Assembly: GCA_963695095.1 (NCBI GenBank)
Contig: CAVOFT010000001.1
Location: forward strand, 1,856,001-1,920,000
DNA: 64,000 nucleotides
Source: an uncultured bacterium
GTDB taxonomy: Bacteria > Krumholzibacteriota > Krumholzibacteriia > JACNKJ01
Reading direction: 5' to 3'
Shown: one piece after another, positions 60,825 through 64,000 of the stretch
Layout of the letters: each line of letters starts with the position of its first letter
Position numbering within the stretch: position 1 is the stretch's first letter
Position numbers and translations under genes: made by a program
Notes under the pieces: model-generated
The model's database searches: none
What the model was told of the DNA's origin: nothing
What the model saw: only the letters and a program-made list of their open reading frames with translations

Positions 60825-61736
60825 GTGCCAGACCTCCTCGATGATTTCTTGCGCTACCTGGCCGTGGAGCGGGCCTGCTCGGAACACACCGTGCAGGCCT
60901 ATCGCCGCGATGTCTCCCAGTACCTGAGCTTCCTCGACTTCCAGGGCGATCCCGCCGAACTCGCGGTGGATCGCCAGCGCCTGCGGCGCTTCCTGGCGCT
61001 GGTGCGCAGGGACGCCTTCGCCCCGGAACAGGGGCGCCGGCGCAAGGCGGCCCTGAGCGAGCGCAGCCTGGCCCGGAAGCTCTCGGCGCTCCGCGCCTTC
61101 TATCGCTGGCTGAACCGGCGGGGGCTGCTGGCCGCGGATCCCTCGCGCCTGGTCGATGCGCCGCGCCTGGGCCGGCCGCTGCCCGTCTTCGCCGAGGAGG
61201 GCTGGGTGCACCGCATGATGGGCCTGCCGGACACGGCGACGCGGCGCGGTCTGCGCGATCGGGCGCTGCTGGAGCTGCTCTACGGGGCGGGCCTGCGCCT
61301 GGCGGAACTGCGGGGCCTGGCCCGGGACGACGTCGACCTGCGCGGGGAGCTGCTGCGCGTGCACGGCAAGGGCAACAAGGAGCGCCTCGTTCCGCTGCAG
61401 GGAGAGGCCCGGCGCTGGCTCGAGCGCTGGTTGGCGGTGGCGGCGCCGCAGGGCGCCGCAGCGGTCTTCGGGGGGCGCGGCGCCGATGGCGCGCTGGCCC
61501 GCCGCAGCGTGCAGCGCATCGTCGAGAAGTACCTCGGGCAGGTGGCCAGCTTGGCGCGGGTGAGTCCCCACGTGCTGCGCCACAGCTTCGCGACCCACCT
61601 CCTGGAGCGGGGCGCCGACCTGCGCTCGATCCAGGAGATGCTGGGCCACGCCAGCTTGACGAGCACGCAGGTCTACACGCACGTGAGCACGGAGAAACTG
61701 AAGGCGGTGCACCGCAAGGCGCATCCGCGCGGATGA
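60825..61736 (+). CDS. xerC: Tyrosine recombinase
   Basis: LYGAGLRLAEL; GKGNKERLVP; HVLRHSFATHLL; LGHASLTSTQVYTH; topA-trmFO-xerC order. Confidence 0.9.
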   Translation: MPDLLDDFLRYLAVERACSEHTVQAYRRDVSQYLSFLDFQGDPAELAVDRQRLRRFLALVRRDAFAPEQGRRRKAALSERSLARKLSALRAFYRWLNRRGLLAADPSRLVDAPRLGRPLPVFAEEGWVHRMMGLPDTATRRGLRDRALLELLYGAGLRLAELRGLARDDVDLRGELLRVHGKGNKERLVPLQGEARRWLERWLAVAAPQGAAAVFGGRGADGALARRSVQRIVEKYLGQVASLARVSPHVLRHSFATHLLERGADLRSIQEMLGHASLTSTQVYTHVSTEKLKAVHRKAHPRG

Positions 61737-61794
61737 TCGCATCGCGCCGCCCGCGCCGTGGGCAGCGCGCACGCCAGCAGAGGGAGGAACGGTC

Positions 61795-62721
61795 TTGTCG
61801 CAGCCCAAGGATTTCATCTCCATCGCGGACTGGAGCGCGGAGGACCTGATCCGCTTGCTCGAACTGGCCATGGAGCAGAAGCGCACCTTGAAGAAGGGCG
61901 GCAAGCTGCCGGCCAGCCAGGCGGGCAAGGTGCTGGCCTGCATCTTCCACAAGCCGAGCCTGCGCACGCGCATCAGTTTCGAGGTGGCGATCCGCCAGCT
62001 CGGCGGTTCGAGCCTGTACATCACCGACAAGGAGATCGGGCTCGGCAGTCGGGAATCCCCCCAGGACGTGGCCCGCGTGCTGGAGCGCTACGTGCACGGC
62101 ATCATGATCCGCACCTTCGCCCACGAGAACGCGACGCTGCTCGCCCGCAACGCGACGCGGATCCCGGTCATCAACGGGCTCACGGACCTGCTGCACCCCT
62201 GCCAGGTGATGGCCGACCTGCAGACGATCTGGGAGCACCGGGGCGGGCTCGACGGGCAGCGCATCGTCTACATCGGCGACGGCAACAACATGGCCAACAG
62301 CTGGGTGCACGCCGCCGCGCGCCTGCCGATCGCGCTCGTCATCTGCAACCCGGGCGGCTTCGATGTGGACGCTGCGGTGCTGGCCAATGCCAAGCGCATC
62401 AACCCGCAGCTCAAGCTGGAGTTGATCGGCGATCCCGCCGAGGCCGTCCAGGGCGCCGACGTGCTCTACACGGACGTCTGGGCCAGCATGGGTCAAGAGG
62501 CCGAGGCCGCCGCGCGCAAGGCGATCTTCGCGCCCTACCAGTTGAACGAGAAGCTGCTGGACAAGACCGGCAAGGCGGACACCATCGTCATGCACTGCCT
62601 GCCCGCGCACCGGGGCGACGAGATCACCGACGAGGTGCTGGACGGACCGCGCTCGGTGGTCTTCGACGAGGCGGAGAACCGGCTGCACATCCAGCGGGCC
62701 ATTCTCTCCGTGCTGATGTAG
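61795..62721 (+). CDS. argF: Ornithine carbamoyltransferase
   Basis: KPSLRTRISF; HPCQVMAD; GDGNNMANS; DVWASMGQE; HCLPAHRGDE; AENRLH. Confidence 0.93.
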   Translation: MSQPKDFISIADWSAEDLIRLLELAMEQKRTLKKGGKLPASQAGKVLACIFHKPSLRTRISFEVAIRQLGGSSLYITDKEIGLGSRESPQDVARVLERYVHGIMIRTFAHENATLLARNATRIPVINGLTDLLHPCQVMADLQTIWEHRGGLDGQRIVYIGDGNNMANSWVHAAARLPIALVICNPGGFDVDAAVLANAKRINPQLKLELIGDPAEAVQGADVLYTDVWASMGQEAEAAARKAIFAPYQLNEKLLDKTGKADTIVMHCLPAHRGDEITDEVLDGPRSVVFDEAENRLHIQRAILSVLM

Positions 62722-63900
62722 ATGCGGGTGCGGCGCGCCGAGCTCGGGCTGCTGCTCTGGGCGCTGCTGGCGGCGCTCCTGAGTTGCGCGCGCATCCGGC
62801 CGCCGAGCGGCGGCGAAGCGGACACGACACCCGCAGTGCTGGTGGGCGGGCGCCCGGCGGACGGCAGTCTCGGCACGGGCCCGCTCAGCGAGGTGCTGCT
62901 CACCTTCAGCGAGCCGGTGGACCGGGCGAGCGTGCTCACGGCCCTGCGCGTCGAGCCGCCGCGCCTCCTGCGCAGCCTGCGCTGGGCCGGGGATACGCTG
63001 CTCGCGCTCCGCTTCTGGGAGCCCCTGCCCGCCGCCACCAGCGTCGACGTCTATCTCGTTCCCGGCTGGCGAGACCGGCATCGGATTCCCCAGCCCGAGT
63101 GGCAGGTGCTCAGCTTCGCCACGGGCGAGGAGCTGCGGCCGGGCTGGCTGGCCGGGACGGCCACCTTCAAGGGGCAGCCGAGCCGCTCCCTGCACCTCGC
63201 GCTCAGCGATACGAGCGGGGCGCCTGCGCGGCTCACCCGTCCCGATGCGCGCGGCGGCTTCCGCTTTCGGGGCCTGCCTGCCGATGGGCGCGCCTGGCTG
63301 CTCGCCGCTTTCCAGGACGTCGATGGCGACAGCCTCTTCGATCCGGCCGTGGACTTCGCCGACACCCTGCGCGACTCCCTCGCCCTCGCGCCGGCCGCAC
63401 CGCGGCGCTTCGGCCTGCGCCTGGACGTGATCGATCCCGACGAACCGGGCAGCGTGAGCGGGCAGTTCGCCTGCCTGGACACGATGCCGGGGCTCTTCTT
63501 CCTGCGCGTCCTGCCGGACTCCTTTCGCTTGAGCGATGGCAGCCGGCCGCTCGTCGATCCCGGCGCCCTGCCGGAGGCCGAGCGCGCGCGTCTCGCCGCG
63601 CTCGTCGCGCGGCCGGCGGCGGCCGCCGAGCTGCCGGCGCAGTGGCTGCGGCTGGAGCGGGCCGGCGCCTTCGCCCTGCCCGCCCTGCCTCCCGGCCAGT
63701 ACTGGCTCTTCGTGCACGGGGAACTCGGCGCGCCGGACACGCTCTGGGATCCGGCCGGCGAGCCCGCCGGGCTGAGCGCCGGCCCGCTCGGCCTCGCTCC
63801 GGGCGGCAGCCTGAGCTGGCCGCGCTTCGCCTTTCCGATCGCCGCCAGTCCCGCCGATAGCGCTGCCCCGGCGCCCGCGCGCGCCGGCGAGGCGCCGTGA
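62722..63900 (+). CDS. Lipoprotein with Ig-like (Big_5/SbsA-type) domain
   Basis: Lipobox LLSC; ARIRPPSGGEADTTP; LTFSEPVDRAS; FQDVDGDSLFDP. Confidence 0.75.
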   Translation: MRVRRAELGLLLWALLAALLSCARIRPPSGGEADTTPAVLVGGRPADGSLGTGPLSEVLLTFSEPVDRASVLTALRVEPPRLLRSLRWAGDTLLALRFWEPLPAATSVDVYLVPGWRDRHRIPQPEWQVLSFATGEELRPGWLAGTATFKGQPSRSLHLALSDTSGAPARLTRPDARGGFRFRGLPADGRAWLLAAFQDVDGDSLFDPAVDFADTLRDSLALAPAAPRRFGLRLDVIDPDEPGSVSGQFACLDTMPGLFFLRVLPDSFRLSDGSRPLVDPGALPEAERARLAALVARPAAAAELPAQWLRLERAGAFALPALPPGQYWLFVHGELGAPDTLWDPAGEPAGLSAGPLGLAPGGSLSWPRFAFPIAASPADSAAPAPARAGEAP

Positions 63901-64000
63901 AGCGGCGCCTGGCTTCTGCGCTCTGCCTGGCCCTGGCCCTGGCCCTGCCGGCGCGCGCGCAGTACCTCTTCGGCAAGAACAAGGTGGTCTACTCGCCGCG
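63897..64000 (+). CDS. Partial exported protein, probably PD40/BamA-TamA-type (truncated by window end)
   Basis: GTG overlaps the upstream stop; signal peptide then AQYLFGKNKVVY. Confidence 0.55.
   Translation, partial: MKRRLASALCLALALALPARAQYLFGKNKVVYSP

Noticed and set aside
60825..61736. Tyrosine recombinase as an integrase of a mobile element
   Set aside because: Housekeeping topA-trmFO-xerC context, host-like codon usage, no att sites or cargo
61945..61975. SLRT instead of STRT suggesting an acetyl- or succinyl-ornithine transcarbamylase
   Set aside because: DVWASMG and HCLPAHRG motifs of ordinary OTCase are intact
63925..63948. CCTGGC tandem repeat
   Set aside because: Encodes LALALAL of a signal peptide

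Overview
High-GC bacterial DNA, almost all coding on the + strand. A long-insert SecA, a PorV/UPF0164-like barrel and a PD40/BamA-type N-terminus suggest an FCB-group lineage (Latescibacterota/Krumholzibacteriota/Eisenbacteria-like; inference only). Bases ~0.3-37.4 kb are one flagellar supercluster: fliC-fliD-fliS-(fliT-like)-flgM, a six-gene regulatory insert (two cytoplasmic histidine kinases, two sigma54 activators, an exported TPR-like protein, a FlgN-like protein), flgBC-fliEFGHIJ-motE-fliK-flgDE-flbD-fliLMNOPQR-flhBA-flhF-fliA, small orphan ORFs, an HDOD protein and a third sigma54 activator. It is atypical: FliM lacks the CheY-binding peptide, motAB is absent from the flbD-fliL slot, FlhF has degenerate GTPase motifs with no flhG, and GG-N10-GC sigma54 sites precede flagellin and fliA while the only good sigma28 site precedes fliD. 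The rest is housekeeping: PorV-like gene, glgD-like/glgC pair, LysM transglycosylase, diguanylate cyclase, comEC, purN-purC-purH-guaA, NHL protein, polyprenol kinase, iodotyrosine-deiodinase-like enzyme, secA, smg-topA-trmFO-xerC-argF and two exported proteins. fliM and the PorV-like gene carry frameshifts that look like C-run sequencing errors. No rRNA, tRNA, CRISPR array or mobile element was seen. All calls come from motif recognition by eye; no searches were run.
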